A stretch of DNA of 64,000 bases. It comes from Octopus vulgaris. Its lineage: Eukaryota. The notes under the pieces were generated by a model. That model had not been told where the DNA came from. It saw only the letters and a list, made by a program, of their open reading frames with translations, and did not search any database. Shown piece by piece: positions 40,846 to 54,368 of the stretch (position 1 is its first letter; each line of letters starts with the position of its first letter). The stretch is from contig OX597825.1 in the NCBI GenBank assembly GCA_951406725.2, positions 6,262,001 through 6,326,000 of the forward strand, read 5' to 3'. Position numbers and translations under genes: made by a program.

Positions 40846-40994
40846 TTATATCAGATAGACAGCCGACAACTTATGAAGGGTCTTTCTCTGTGATTACTTA
40901 TCCTGTTCTCTATTTTTTCTTGTTGTTTGTGTATTTAACCTGATTGTTTACGTGTTTCACGTTGTTTGAACCGTTGGTGATGTCCTATATGCAC

Positions 40995-41040
<46 letters not shown>

Positions 41041-41044
<4 letters not shown>

Positions 41045-41236
41045 TTAGTGGTATTTCGTCTGCCACTACGTTCTGAGTTCAAATTCCGCCGAGGTCGACT
41101 TTGCCTTTCATCCTTTCGGGGTCGATTAAAATAGTACCAGTTACGCACTGGGGTCGATGTAATCGACTTAATCCGTTTTTCTCTCCTCGTTGGCCCTCTC
41201 TGTGTTTAGCTCCTTGGTGGGTAGTAAAGAAATAGA
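41041..41236 (+). mobile_element. SINE family B, 5'-truncated, following (TA)n
   Basis: GTATTTCGTCTG...GCCTTTCATCCTTTCGGGGTCGAT...AAAGAAATAG. Confidence 0.88.
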
Positions 41237-41897
41237 TACAACAGTACCACCCATTTTAGTATGCAATTAGTGAAAAAAAAAATAACAAAGAATCTCTAAT
41301 TATTCAAAACCGTTTTACACAAAAATTCACAGAAAGAAATATAGCAATTTTACGAATGAAACGTTTCTATTCAATAAATGCTCTAAATATTCCACTAAAA
41401 TTCAACTTGTTAGTCATGATACTGACTAAACTATTCCGAAAATAACGGCAACCTGCGATATAGATGCAGGCAACATAAAGGATGAAATTCAATGTAGGTA
41501 GTTGGTACAAAAGATGTTTAAATATAGTTTCATAGAATATACATTTTCTGATGTAATCGTATGATGTGGTTACATTGTATAAGAAATCTGATATTTAATT
41601 ACGAGAGTTTAATTATAGGATTACTTCAATGGCATGCAGGAAATTGCGATCAGTTAATGAGAGATAAATTAGCCATTGTAATTGTGTGCTAAGAAAGAGA
41701 TGACTGTTCAGCTAATGCACACATTAATATATGTTGAATTACATACACACGTACACACAGAAATACACACACACACACTCAGACACACGCACACAGAAAC
41801 ACACACATACATGCAAACATGCACATAAACATACCATCACACATATTGGTGTCGGTGTGTGCACATGCATACATACGCACACACATAAATGCACACA

Positions 41898-41965
<68 letters not shown>

Positions 41966-42749
41966 TATATGCAGTCAGTAGCGACTGGGGGGAAGGATAA
42001 GAAGTGAGCTTCTATATATTATGAGGTTCTCGGTTCGATCCCACTCCGAGGTGATTGTAAGTAAAAATGGGTTCACTGGAACTGTGTAGAAGCCCAAGAG
42101 ACGTGTAGAAGCCCCTACCCTTACAGTTTTGATGGTGCGGGGAGTAAAGAACGCGAGTCAACGCATTGCCAGTCAATTAGGCTTGTTTAGTTCCGCCATA
42201 TTTTACACCGCTTTTCTCAATAATTTAGTCCTTAATTTAAATTACTTTCACTTTCTGATTTATCAGTTCGTAAAGATATACTTTTTGGTATAACATTCTA
42301 ATATAATACTTGAAATTTCGTAATAAAAGTTTGAGATAATTTTTATAATTTACGACATCTCAAAGCAACATAGTTGCATGAATAGAATTTTAAATTAATT
42401 AAAAATAATTATGTGATGAGGGAAAATATTAGTCGATGATTAATATTGTGTTAAATAATCCGGCAAGTACAACAGATAACGTCTAACATATTTTGTTTGC
42501 ATTCACTTGCTGTAACGATAACTGATTGATTTTTAGTTTTTCTCACATAATATTTATTGTCAAAGCGATGAATTGGCAGGTTCGTTTGAGCGTCTTGTCA
42601 TATTCATTCCTGTCTCTGAGTTCGAATCCCACTAAAGGCAAGATTATACTTTTAGTGGTGAACACAATTAAAGTTCTTCTACATCTAGTTGGTTCGTCAT
42701 CAACTATTTTCTTGTATCAGAAATTTCCTTCAAAGTGGTAAAAAACATG

Positions 42750-43040
42750 CTTTTGTTGACCACCAAGGGCCGAGATTATCAAGGGCAATAGCTCTGACGG
42801 CCTCACCCCCAAATCCTGATTCCATAAGAATGCTTTATTAGCTCTCATCACAGGAAAAATATTTTCCGTTACGCTCACGTCTAATTGTGTAAATAGGTTA
42901 GCTGAAGGGTTAGACAAGTCACACAACTCTTGAGAGAAACCAGCATCGTTTAAAAAAACGGGCGGAAAATATGGAACTGACCTAAGACGGGTGCTGATTC
43001 TTCTACTTTTCCAAACTGAGCCAATAATCCAAGCTTTTTC
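42750..43040 (-). pseudogene. Possible highly decayed CR1/Jockey-type RT fragment
   Basis: Minus-strand GEAVRAIALD resembles the RT motif E.RAIALDISKAFD. Little else is recognisable. Confidence 0.3.
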
Positions 43041-43354
43041 TGGAATCACACAAATTCGTCCAAAGAAGTACTTTAAGGGTGCACGTGACTATGCGACACA
43101 CATTTATTATTTTTCTCTCTCAATATTTAGCGTATGATATATTCCAATACTAATTTAACTAATTTCTTATGACGTCACTAATTTAACTATTGTTCTTTAT
43201 ATGCATGATGCATAGGAATAATTTCCCTCTGTAATTATCTGAAATATGCTAATTTTCACACCTACTTTTGTACTATATCGTACAATGCTTAGAACTTCAG
43301 TAAATGTATTTTATCTATTGTCATTTTAGTATATAATTAGTGCGTGTTTGTGTT

Positions 43355-43386
<32 letters not shown>

Positions 43387-43389
43387 CAT

Positions 43390-43428
<39 letters not shown>

Positions 43429-43566
43429 CACAAATATATATATATATATAATAAATTGTGTAGTATACACCTCGTATCTTCCATCTTCCATCTCTCTCAT
43501 TTTTCAAATATATATGTGTGTGTGTGGAGGTGTGTGTGTAGAGGTTTATGTGTGTGTGTATGTACG

Positions 43567-43635
<69 letters not shown>

Positions 43636-44366
43636 CTTTTTATACATGTACATTGATGTCTATAAACGTGTAAGTATATACCATAGTAGTATATTTCGTG
43701 ATTATTGGACAGATATCGAATAAATATTTCATCTTAAATATTTTATATCAAATTTTGTTTCTTTTATTTGCTTTTTAATCAACATGTTATATTACTTTAT
43801 TGTTGCTTTCATCTATAAGTGATAATACTTTATATTAATTGTATGGTTATATTTTTGTATTAAAATAATAACTTCTGTTCACTAATGATATTCCTAATTA
43901 CGAAAGTAAATTGCACACGAAATCCAACCTCAAGAAAATCAAACACAAAACTAATGCTGAGAATAAAAATACATTCTTTTTTGCATAGAAAAATATTTAT
44001 TTACCTAATTGTAAATTAAAAATATCATGCAATTACTATTCAATTCATAGGTGAATATTAAATTTGTTATTTTTGCATGCCTCATACATTTAATCTGAGC
44101 GTCAATGTAGAAAATGAAAAATAACTTATAATTATTAATTTAAAATAACAATTATCTTCCTTGGTATATTTTAAACGATTTCTGAAAGAATAATACAGAG
44201 TTTATTGGTGACTTTATTGAAATGTATAATAAAGTGAATGTAAGCTCATAAAGTTAGTAAAAGTATTCTATTGTGTGCTTTGTTATGTTACAGCAAACAA
44301 ATAGTTATTACTTCTGTTCACGTGACAACATTAGTCTTCCATTTAGCGTGTGTGTGTGTGCGTGCG

Positions 44367-44456
<90 letters not shown>

Positions 44457-44458
<2 letters not shown>

Positions 44459-44622
44459 CGCAGGAGTGGCTGTATGGTAAGAAGCTTGTTTCTCAGTCAC
44501 ATAGTTTCCGGTTCAGTCCCACTGCGTGGCACCTTGGGCAAGTGTCTTCTACAATATCCTCGGGCCGACTAAAGCCTTGTGAGTGGATTTAGTGGACGGA
44601 AACTGAAAGAAATCCGTCGTAT
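44457..44622 (+). mobile_element. SINE family C, 5' half with complete head, following (TA)n
   Basis: GGCGCAGGAGTGGCTGTATGGTAAG...GGTTCAGTCCC...ACGGAAACTGAAAGAA. Confidence 0.88.
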
Positions 44623-44796
44623 ACACACACACACACTAATCATAAATGTAGCCCACATGGACACTTTTCTTATCAGTGTTGTTGGTATCCTCTAACCTGT
44701 GGAGTATGCAATTATGAATAACTTTCTGCTGGCATAAGTGTCTCTGTCGAATTTCTTTTTAAAGTAAGTATTTTGAGCTAACCATGGGTCATATGA

Positions 44797-45048
44797 GTGG
44801 AGGCGCGTGACTTAGTGGTTAGGGTGTCAGCACCATGATCGAAAGATTGTGGTTTCGATTCCTGGACCGGGCGACGCGTTGTGTTCTTGAGCAAAACACT
44901 TCATTTCACGTTGCTCCAGTCCACTCAGCTGGCAAAAATGAGTAACGCTGCGATGGACTGGCGTCCCGCCCAGCTGTGGAACACATACGCTATTGAAACC
45001 AGGAAACCGGGCCCATGAGCCTGGCTAGGCTTTAAAAGGGCGCATTTT
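44797..45048 (+). mobile_element. tRNA-derived SINE family D (CORE-like plus V-domain-like), full length with TSD
   Basis: A box AGTGGTTAGG, B box TTCGATTCC, V-like GCGATGGACTGGCGTCCCGCCCAG. 13-bp TSD ATGGGTCATA(T/C)GA at 44784-44796 and 45049-45061. Confidence 0.88.
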
Positions 45049-45271
45049 ATGGGTCATACGAAGCTTCTGTTAACTCAGAGTCCCTGGTCATTAGTTTTTC
45101 ACCTGTTCTCAAGGTGTTATTAGTTTCATTTTTGAGTACACATTTGCTGTTCATATTTTTTCTTTTACTCCATCAACTGATATACCGTTTCACTTGACAG
45201 CTGTCCACTCTGACCTTGTGTTTTTCTATCCTTCAGTCAAACACAAACCTTACCGGTATCATTGTAGATAA

Positions 45272-45502
45272 GGCGGCGAGCTGGCAGAAACGTTAGCACG
45301 CCGGCCGAAATGCTAAGCGGTATTTCGTCTGCTGCTGCGTTCTGAGTTCAAATTCCACCGAGGTCGACTTTGCCTTTCATCCTTTCGGGATCGATAAATT
45401 AAGTACCAGTTACGCACTGGAGTCGATGTAATCGACTTAACCCATTTGTCTGTCCTTGTTTGTCCCCTCTGTGTTTAGCCCCTTGTGGCTAGTAAAGAAA
45501 TA
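45272..45502 (+). mobile_element. SINE family B full-length monomer with perfect TSD
   Basis: 15-bp TSD GGTATCATTGTAGAT at 45255-45269 and 45503-45517. Confidence 0.95.
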
Positions 45503-45639
45503 GGTATCATTGTAGATGTGGCAATCACCACTTCTGCTTAATATCTTCTTTGTATTGATATCTGTTTAGCAGTTTTACCTTTTCGCTGGTTACTACTAAG
45601 CAACTAACGGGATTAACTGTTAACCCTAGCTTAAATTTG

Positions 45640-46130
45640 CGTCTTCAGCTCATCAACGACGCCCTCCTTAATATAGCGAAAAAGGATTACATGGTCATGT
45701 CCAATATTTCTCTACGAAGTTACCGGTCTTGTGGAATTAATATTTTCGATTTCACAATCGATTGCTCCTCCGTTTTAGAGAACGGAACTTGTGATGCAAT
45801 ATTCTTCTCCATCAACTGGATTATCATACGGGCTTTTGATATTTGTATAATTCGCCAATAATTTCTGCGATTAGTAAATCACTTCCGCTTTGATGGGTTT
45901 TATCCTTTGATGCGTAGTTTATTCGATGAAAGACAGCAAATAGCGAAACGCGGTAATTAACGCTTTCTGGATTCTCATCAATGAGATTAACAGCTTTAAT
46001 ATTGCATCACTTTGGTACGGGTAGTTAGGTGCATAATGTAGAAACAAGAGTATCCAGAGAGAAAAAAATCATCTGTAACGTCCAAATGCATCAAGCGCGT
46101 TTCATTCCTTGGATGATACTCTTCTGACCT
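45640..46130 (-). pseudogene. Possible decayed Ty3/Gypsy pol relic (RNase H end to integrase zinc-binding region)
   Basis: Minus-strand fragments EYHPRNE/DAFGR (compare EYxPGKENxxADALSR) and KILIPQDR*LRREILDM occur in the expected order, with many stops. Confidence 0.4.
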
Positions 46131-46639
46131 TAAAAATTATGTCTAGTAAAAATAATAATATTTAACGAAAAATTCATAAATAGTGACCTCAGTTTAAAAT
46201 ATTATGAAAATAATTCTAACTTTTTAAGACAATTCGAAACTTGTCTCTTTGAATGTGTAAACTTTTGAAATACGTCTTGAACAAAATGTTAATTTTTTAA
46301 ACTTGAGACCTCAAACTATACCTGTTGAACTATTTGAACTTTTCACTAAGTATACACTAACACGTCTTCTACGTGGTCCATAGAATCTCCTTTTTGGGTT
46401 AGTGCATAAATCAGTTATGCAGATAGAGGCAGTGTAAGTGTTTCATTTGTACGACTCAGATGTTTGGATGTGCGTTAATAGAAGAATATGTCTATCTTCG
46501 AGAAAACAGGTTCTTTCATTAATGAGTTGGTTTATCTAAAATGGACACAATTGATGCATAGAGTATATCTGGAAATGATAGAGGAGGTTCCGGTTGGCTC
46601 AGAATTTTCAGAATTGGTCACCCAAATTGTTTGTGTTTC

Positions 46640-48260
46640 TCACGGTAGTGGGGTTTAGCTACCTTTCAAATTTATAAATTTGTAAAATATTGGCGAGGGC
46701 TAAACCTTATGTAGAAGTTACTCGTTAGCAAACAGAAACTTGGTTGTGATTACTGCGCAAAAGTTGAATCCATAAGCATGAAAAGAATCCATAGGAATTC
46801 ATGTTTCAAAGAAATGGCAGAATTGTATTGTTGAAGTATTGGGGATAAATTCAGCCGTACCTCAGGCATCCTCTCAAAAAAAGATGAATTACCATTTTTC
46901 ATCAAAATCACAATTGTATAATGGAACTAAAGAAATATGGAAGAAATACAATTACAAAACTATTGTGAAAATAAAGGAAAAAGAAACTCCATATAGAATA
47001 TATTTAATGCTGTCTTGTGTATAGAAAAACGAAACAGACGATTTTCGGATATTGGTAATAAGATTAAACTACAAATAAAAATATATTTTACATGCGAGTT
47101 TTACTGCATTCTCACAAAAACAACTTTTAAAATAGCTGATTACACTTTGTTTGTGAAAGTTGTAACTTGTACCAACAATTTTTCTCGACTTGATTTGAAA
47201 CGACAAGACGTGTACACATTATACATTTCTGTATTACTATGTCGGCATTTTGTAAGGATTTGGTGCTGAATATCTAAAAAAATTAATCCGATTGTATATT
47301 ATTCTCGCAAAGTAACGGTGATTTTTATGTAACAATTCAGGAGCGAGTGCTAAACTATTTGAGTGGTCGTCTGCAAGTTGTTTTAAGTGATTCTGTCAAA
47401 TATATAAGACAAGTAAATCACTTGAAAATATTTATTGATGAAATTTACAGGGTCTTTCGCCAATCAAGTTCAAAAAGGAAAGCTAGATAGAAATTGTATA
47501 CATTTTAGGACAATTTAGATTAGTAATCTTACAGATAGATAGAGTTTTGAGAACCAGATAGGCTTCTTGTAGCCTTAAGCCAGCGATTGAAATATGGCGT
47601 ACTTATTCAGTGTTGTTCGAATATATTTGTTCTAAGGAAAAGGAAGCAGGAATGTGAACTGAATTTTCCTAAAATCTGTTCCGGAAGAATTAACCGTAAT
47701 GACTGATGTGCTGGAAGAAATTTCTTTCCTGTCAAGTGATCTTCATGCAACAATTTTAAATCCACTAGAATCTGAAAAAGTAATACAAAGATCAATCAAA
47801 GCTTTCGAAATGCCACTTATGAAAGGAAAATGGATGAAACCATTTCTTTGAAACTACAATATTTCTACATATTGAGTTTGTTAAAGAATAAGAAATAGAT
47901 GAGCCTTCCTAGCCAAAGGTGATAAGAGCCTCCTTAGCTGCGGTGATAAGAAATATGAATGTACCATCGATGGATGGTGAAAGCATAAAATCAAGAAATA
48001 ATGTCCAAGAAACTAACAGGATTCATGGATTGGCAAATATTGCTAACACAAATTCTTTGAAAATTGATGTTGTTGTCCATTGGAATATAGTTGAAGAATA
48101 ATTAGATAAAATCTATAATTTGATCATAAGATCTTTGTCAATGACATTCGTATCATGTTGGTTGTGTAACCCTAAATTTCCATAAGATCTCAATAAAAAT
48201 ATAAAAAGCAGATCAAGATATCATTAATTCAGCCGCAGAGGCAGAAAAAGACAATTTTAA
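46640..48260 (+). pseudogene. Decayed hAT transposase (KIAA1586/ZNF862-like)
   Basis: Frameshifted fragments KLGCDYCAK, QASSQKKMNYHFSSK, QVNHLKIFIDEIY, IDRVLRTR*ASCSL..WRTY, MTDVLEEISFLS, IQRSIKAFEM and NSAAEAEK (hAT dimerisation-like). Confidence 0.7.
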
Positions 48261-49059
48261 CGAGGAACACTATATATTCAAATAAAATGAATTACCTTGA
48301 AGTAAAATGTAACAAATCTAATAATCTAATAATGGTTAATTTGATTGATCCCTCATTGAATTTGTGGGATTCTACGGTTTCTGTTAGAATGTGATGCATG
48401 ACGGTATGCGAGTAAACCGTGCAACCAATGGAAAATAAGATGAAAATCATGTTTTAATATGGAAATATTTCGAGGATGATTATCAATAAAAATATCTTAT
48501 TTATGGAAGCCGTTGTTAGATGCTAATTTGTTTTTAGGAATGTAAAAAAATAAAATAAAATAAAATAAAAGGAGGAACAAATTCCTAATTGCGTTGAAGA
48601 GAAAACTGGTCCCTTAAAAAAGAATGAAATCTCACTATAGGCTTGTGCTTCCAAAACTTAGAATAATGTAGAGCTGAGTTACTTTCCTGTCACGCTGTTG
48701 CTTTATTTTACCCCGAGACATTTCTTTTTGTCTGCCAAAGTCGATCAATGGTGAAACTTGGATAATCACTGTATCTACTTTATATATTCAATATTTTTCT
48801 ACATCTTTAGGCAGCCAGTTCTGTATATTCTGCTCTTCAATGTAGAGAAATAAAGAGCTATAGAGTCAATCGAATAGAGAGCTAGCGCCACTGAAATAGA
48901 GAGTCAGAGAAATAAAACTTACGATGGTATATTCAATCAATACATAATAATCTCTCACATTTTTCGACTCATTCTGTTTGTTCAGTATAGCTTTTGACCC
49001 CAAATAATAAAAATTAAAATTTTCATACATTACGTAATTACAGAAAGGGATTAATAATA

Positions 49060-49092
<33 letters not shown>

Positions 49093-49201
49093 GCACACGC
49101 ACACACACGCACACGCACACACGCACACACGCACACACACACACACACACACACAAACATAAACACAAACTTAATAGCGACAGAAGCAGTATTAATATCA
49201 A

Positions 49202-49552
49202 AAAGGTTATATTTATCTCCACTTAAAAGTGGATGTTTTGTTAGAACACAGAATACTGCTGTAGCTATCACGAGAGAAACTCTGTCATGGACTTGTGGTA
49301 CATCGCTTGTGGAATCTCTGCTAATATTCAGCTTTCAGGCGCCTACCATCGACAAGGTCAAGGAAGGCCGAAATCACGTGATCTGGTGGCCCAGGCGGTG
49401 GCAATGGTGGTTGATTATGTCCCGCTAGTGATGTAAACAAGAGTGCTTATGTGTACCACAAATGCACATGAGAGCTTCTCCCAGGGTAACTGTCACAGTA
49501 TTCTGCGCTCTAACACAGCATCCACTTTTAAGTGGGGATAAATATAACCTTT
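49202..49552. mobile_element. MITE or foldback element with ~100-bp imperfect TIRs
   Basis: AAAGGTTATATTTATCTCCACTTAAAAGTGGATG...CAGAATACTG matches the reverse complement of CAGTATTCTG...CATCCACTTTTAAGTGGGGATAAATATAACCTTT. Confidence 0.8.
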
Positions 49553-49605
49553 ATAAATACATACATACATACGTACATACATACATGCATGTATACATAC
49601 ATACA

Positions 49606-49637
<32 letters not shown>

Positions 49638-50237
49638 AATAATTTTTTATAAAGTATGTTTTTAAGTATATTTCACAATATATGGACTGTATTAAGAAGT
49701 GCTCATTGCGAGCTAAATTGAAGGATAAAGGAAATTATAGAAGGAACACATCTAGGCAATCAATTAAAATACATTAAAACACCATTTATACATTTATTGT
49801 AACCCTGAAACGGCCGTAGATGACATCCTTTACGTGAATTCACTCGAATCTGTATATATTATTATATAAATTTATATAAATAAGGATAAGATCGATTTTA
49901 AATATCGATCCTATCAAGTGGCCAGCATGGGAATAAAAAAACCTTCAAAGGTAATAATTATCATTAAAATTATAATTTAGGGTATCTAAGAGATACTACG
50001 CTGAAAATAGCAGTCAAAACTTGACTCTAAAACCACATTAAATGTTCATATAGCACTATAGCACATATTTATATATATATAAAGTGCAGTTGTGTGACAA
50101 AGTGGTTAGGGTATTTGGTTCACGTTGGTATGATCATGAGTTCGATACCTGGCAGTGTCTTACACACACACATACACGCGCATAATTTTGATCGAGTTAA
50201 CATTTTATTACACTGAATTTCACCCATGGGAGCACTG

Positions 50238-50391
50238 GGTAGTGGGGTTTAACTAGCTTCCAAATAAAATTGTTAAAATTGGAGAAGGCTAAACCTTATG
50301 AAGAAGTTACTCGTTATTAAACACAAACTTGGCTGTGATCACAGTGCAAAATTTGAATCCATAAGCATGAAAGGAATCCATAGGAATCAAT
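50238..50391 (+). mobile_element. Second partial copy of the hAT relic 5' segment
   Basis: Aligns with 46645-46802 (GGTAGTGGGGTTTA...GCTAAACCTTATG...GAATCCATAAGCATGAAA). Confidence 0.75.
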
Positions 50392-50794
50392 ATGTGATAT
50401 ATTTTTGCAATATATTCCTTTCAAATTGGTGTATCTTAATCCTTATTTATAGCCTTAAGTCAACCAGAAGAAACTCTGCGAATATCTAAAGCAATTTAGT
50501 TAATCACATCCAATGTAAATCTTGCTAAGGAAGATATTGCACTTGATGGTATTGAGTCAAAATTTGACGCCAATGTTTCTGATTGCAGCCGACTCTGGAG
50601 AGAATTTATATAAACTTCGTAACACGTTTTATAATTAAAAATCTGGAAAATGGAATAAAAAAATCACGAAATTATTATTCAAATCGCGATAAATCTTTAC
50701 ATAAATTTTGCATTCTTTCTGAGAAAAATTAGTATGGGACGCATACTAATGAGACCTCTATCCGTCTTTCTCTCACTTACTCCCTGTCTTCCAA

Positions 50795-50874
<80 letters not shown>

Positions 50875-50914
50875 CACACACACATATATGTATGTGTGTA
50901 TGTTTCGCAAATGT

Positions 50915-51060
50915 AATGAAGAAAATAAAAAAAAAAAACAAGAGGGGCAGCTCTTAACAAATACTGTGTTAGTTTAACGCCTAAAAGAGGGAAGAGAACG
51001 TGTTTTAAGGCTTTGGACATTAGTCCTTTATCAGAAGGTATACATAGGAGTAAGAAAAAA
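50915..51060 (-). mobile_element. Strongly decayed Penelope-like terminal fragment
   Basis: Layout resembles 5497-5640. Minus 51037-51003 CTTCTGATAAAGGACTAATGTCCAAAGCCTTAAAA is a mutated CTGATGA..GGAC/GTCC..GAAAC. Confidence 0.4.
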
Positions 51061-52182
51061 GAGCCAGGTGAGAATGCGGGTCTATGAAGGAAGTTAAGAA
51101 GGAAAGGGTAGAAATGTGAATGAGTACGTGTGTGTGTGTGTGTGTGTGTGTCCCCTAATTTTGAGGCATAAAGCGAGGGAGATGGTGTTGTATGTGTACA
51201 GATGTGCGCAAGTGCTGAAGTATAGTGGCATGGTTAGTGGTGTATGAAGTATTGGGTGTATATATGAAAGTGAGGAGATGGAAGCGGGTGCGATTACGGG
51301 GTAAAAGAGGAGGCAAGAAGAATGTGGAGGATGTCATAGAAGTGTGTGCAAGTTTATGAAAGCGAGACACTGTCACGTGGATGGTAGGCAGTCATGAATA
51401 TGGAAAGTGAAAGAGAAAGAAAAGGTGGGAATAGAGAGAGTGAAGAGAAGTGAGGAAAGAGTAAAAGCAAAATTGGAGAAAGAATAATCATGATACAACA
51501 GTTGTAGGTTTTGCTTTGTTCTGGAGAGGAAAAGTGAGTGGGATATGAGGAGGGCCAATGGGAATGCTATAGACGGGGGTGCGTGTCGGGGTGTAAGGAT
51601 GGAAGGGAGAAAAAAGTGAAGATGAAAATAATGAACAAGAGAAGAAAAAAATGAGAAAGGAAAGGTGCTCGTAGAGAGAGAGAGAAAAGTGAGAGAAAAA
51701 TTGCAGAAAAATTGGAAAAAAATTAATTGCAATACAACACTGGTAAAAAAAAAAAAAAGTTCTTTTATAAGTAGCCGAATAATATCAGAAATGAAATGAA
51801 TCATTCTTAGGACCCAGACACACGCGCACACGCGTCCACACATATTTCACAAGAATCTTAGGAATTATTAAAAATCAAGTTTTTAACGTTGTAGAATCTG
51901 AATTCAGTCTACCTTTAAACCACTGTTATATATATGACTTCAATCCAGCCGACCAAGTGAAATGATCTGATGTGGTGTGATACCATTTGAAGATGGCAAT
52001 GAATCAAGCATTCAGCGTATGTCTTCGCTTTGACACCAGAGAGAAGAATACGAAAATAAAGGTCATAGCTTACTTTCGACTTGTGTTGAATAGATTTCCT
52101 TCAATGACACTAACATCAAGAAATAGTAAGAGCGATACTGGAGGTTATTTATACCGACTGCTTTAATTCTGATTGATGCCAA

Positions 52183-52216
<34 letters not shown>

Positions 52217-52292
52217 GCTATACATAGACTAACATGAATATTAAAATTCATACTTGCATATTGCTAAAAAGGAGAAGATGAATAATAAAGGC

Positions 52293-52335
52293 GATGATGA
52301 TGACGATGATGATGATGATGATGAAGATGACGACG

Positions 52336-52369
<34 letters not shown>

Positions 52370-52377
52370 TACTACTG

Positions 52378-52434
<57 letters not shown>

Positions 52435-52453
52435 ATAATAATAATAATAATAA
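52293..52453. repeat. Compound (GAT)n(AAT)n(ACT)n trinucleotide repeat
   Basis: Seen directly. Confidence 0.93.
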
Positions 52454-52692
52454 TAGTGTCTTTGAATTCGATATGAAGAAGAAGCTGATGTCAGACAAAA
52501 ATTTAATGCGAATGAATAATAATGTCTACAAAAACAAAGTGACTAAACAAGAGGCTGACATCGAATGCAAATACGCATTCGCTTCTGACTACAGAGCTTT
52601 CGAAAAATCCGAAAATTTCTAAACTTGCCATGCACGACATATTCCAACCAGAATCAGCCACGATAAAGGTACTACAAAAGAGTGAGATTGAT

Positions 52693-53068
52693 TTTGGTTT
52701 TAAAGTTTCAGGGGAGGTGATAAGTCGATTACATCGACCCTAACATTCAACTGGTACTTTATTTTATCGAAATGATGAAAAGTAAAGACGGCCTCTACGG
52801 AATTTGAACTCAGAACATAAAGACAAACGAAATACCTATTTCTTTACTACCCACAAGGGGCTAAACACAGAGAAGACAAACAAGGACAGACAAACGGATT
52901 AAGTCGATTAGATCGACCCCAGTACGCAGCTGGTACTTAATTTATCGATCCCGAAAGGATGAAAGGCAAAGTCGCCCTTGGCGGAATTTGAACCCAGAAC
53001 ATAACGGCAGACGAAATACGGCTACGCATTTCGCCCGGCGTGTTAACGTTTCTGCCAGCTCGCCGCCT
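52693..53068 (-). mobile_element. SINE family B composite: young full unit joined to a head-less old unit
   Basis: Junction at 52833/4. The whole composite is flanked by AG(T/C)GAGATTGAT (52681-52692 and 53071-53082). Confidence 0.88.
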
Positions 53069-53099
53069 TAAGCGAGATTGATATTACAAACTGAAATAA

Positions 53100-53258
53100 G
53101 GCGGCGAGGTGGCAGAATCGTTAGCACGCCGGAGAAATTGCTTAGCGGCAATTTTTCGTCTTTATGTGCTGAGATCTAATTCCGCCGAGGTCGTCTTTAT
53201 CATTCATCCTTTCGAAATCAATAAAATAAGGACCAGCTGAGCATCGGGGTCGATTTAA
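53100..53258 (+). mobile_element. SINE family B, older subfamily, 3'-truncated
   Basis: GGCGGCGAGGTGGCAGAATCGTTAGCACGCC...TTCATCCTTTCG. Confidence 0.85.
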
Positions 53259-53329
53259 CCACAACAGGAACGGGTCACGAAACTGTTCAAAACTTTGCAA
53301 TAATAAACGTAACAGAATATTAAGCACGG

Positions 53330-53870
53330 ATATTGGCATGCGATCTGGGGGTAAATAAGAGAACAGATTTAATTACAAAGAGAAGCCGAAAGATAAAATT
53401 TGACGGTATAAAGAGAACACAAGATGATATTAAATCGCAGAGAGATTAATGAAAGATATACATATCTAAGGATGCATAGGAGTGCACAAAGATAAGGTAA
53501 TTAAAAGATAAGGGAGAAAATCTCCAAAGAGTATACGATAAGGATTATGAAAGGGGATTAGAGCAAAATTAAAGGAAGGGATATTATCAAAGTAATCAAT
53601 ACACTTGCTTTCTTTTCTAATGTAGACAAAGACAAACAGATCAAGTGCTAAAGTATAACAGACCAGACCTAGTGGAGGTGGACAAGGTGCATCACATATG
53701 TTATATAGTTGAAGTTGCATGCCCCTTTGACCCACGAATAGTCAAGAAGGAGGCGAAACACATCTTCGACCTGCAAAAGCTGTAATCCTATGCTCTGCAA
53801 GAATCCTCAGACAGATCTTTGAGACTTGAGGAGACTTGTTGTCATCAAGCTTCGGGACAACATCCCTGCT
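53330..53870 (+). mobile_element. R4/Dong-type LINE relic with RLE motif
   Basis: TDQVLKYNRPDLVEVDKVHHICYIVEVACPFDPRIVKKE (restriction-like endonuclease motif), then KAVILCSARILRQIFET*. Followed by (CTA)n. Confidence 0.78.
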
Positions 53871-53898
53871 AACTAATACAGTAATAGTTATGGAAATA

Positions 53899-53906
53899 TA
53901 CTACTA

Positions 53907-53953
<47 letters not shown>

Positions 53954-54048
53954 GCCACCACTACTACTACTACTACTACTACTGCTACTGCCGCCACTAC
54001 TACTACTACTTCTACTACTACTACTACTACTATTACTACTACTACTAT

Positions 54049-54121
<73 letters not shown>
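53899..54121. repeat. (TAC)n/(TGC)n trinucleotide repeat
   Basis: Seen directly. Confidence 0.95.
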
Positions 54122-54122
<1 letters not shown>

Positions 54123-54368
54123 TCTGAATCGTCAATAGTGACAGCGGATGTTTTACTTTGTTATAATTACCACATTTTGGATTGTATCTATGAATATTCG
54201 ATTTTCCAAACTGGAGGCACAATTTAAAACTGTACGTGACGAAAGTTGCTGATCAGAGTATGTGGATGTCAATAAAAACGCCAAGGTAACAGAAGAAAGT
54301 AAGGAAATTATATTTATCGATCCCCAAATATTGCCCAGATTTGATTACTTTTAATATGTACGATGATT

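Noticed and set aside
43081-43177. E-box CACGTG and CRE TGACGTCA motifs
   Set aside because: Short motifs expected by chance, with no promoter context.
49804-49822. Hammerhead 3' halves (GAAACGGCCGTA here; minus-strand GAAACCGGTA at ~59165)
   Set aside because: No upstream CUGANGA was found.
46645-50391. ~160-bp direct repeats 3.6 kb apart read as LTRs
   Set aside because: The repeat is part of the hAT transposase coding relic, with no TG..CA ends, PBS or PPT.
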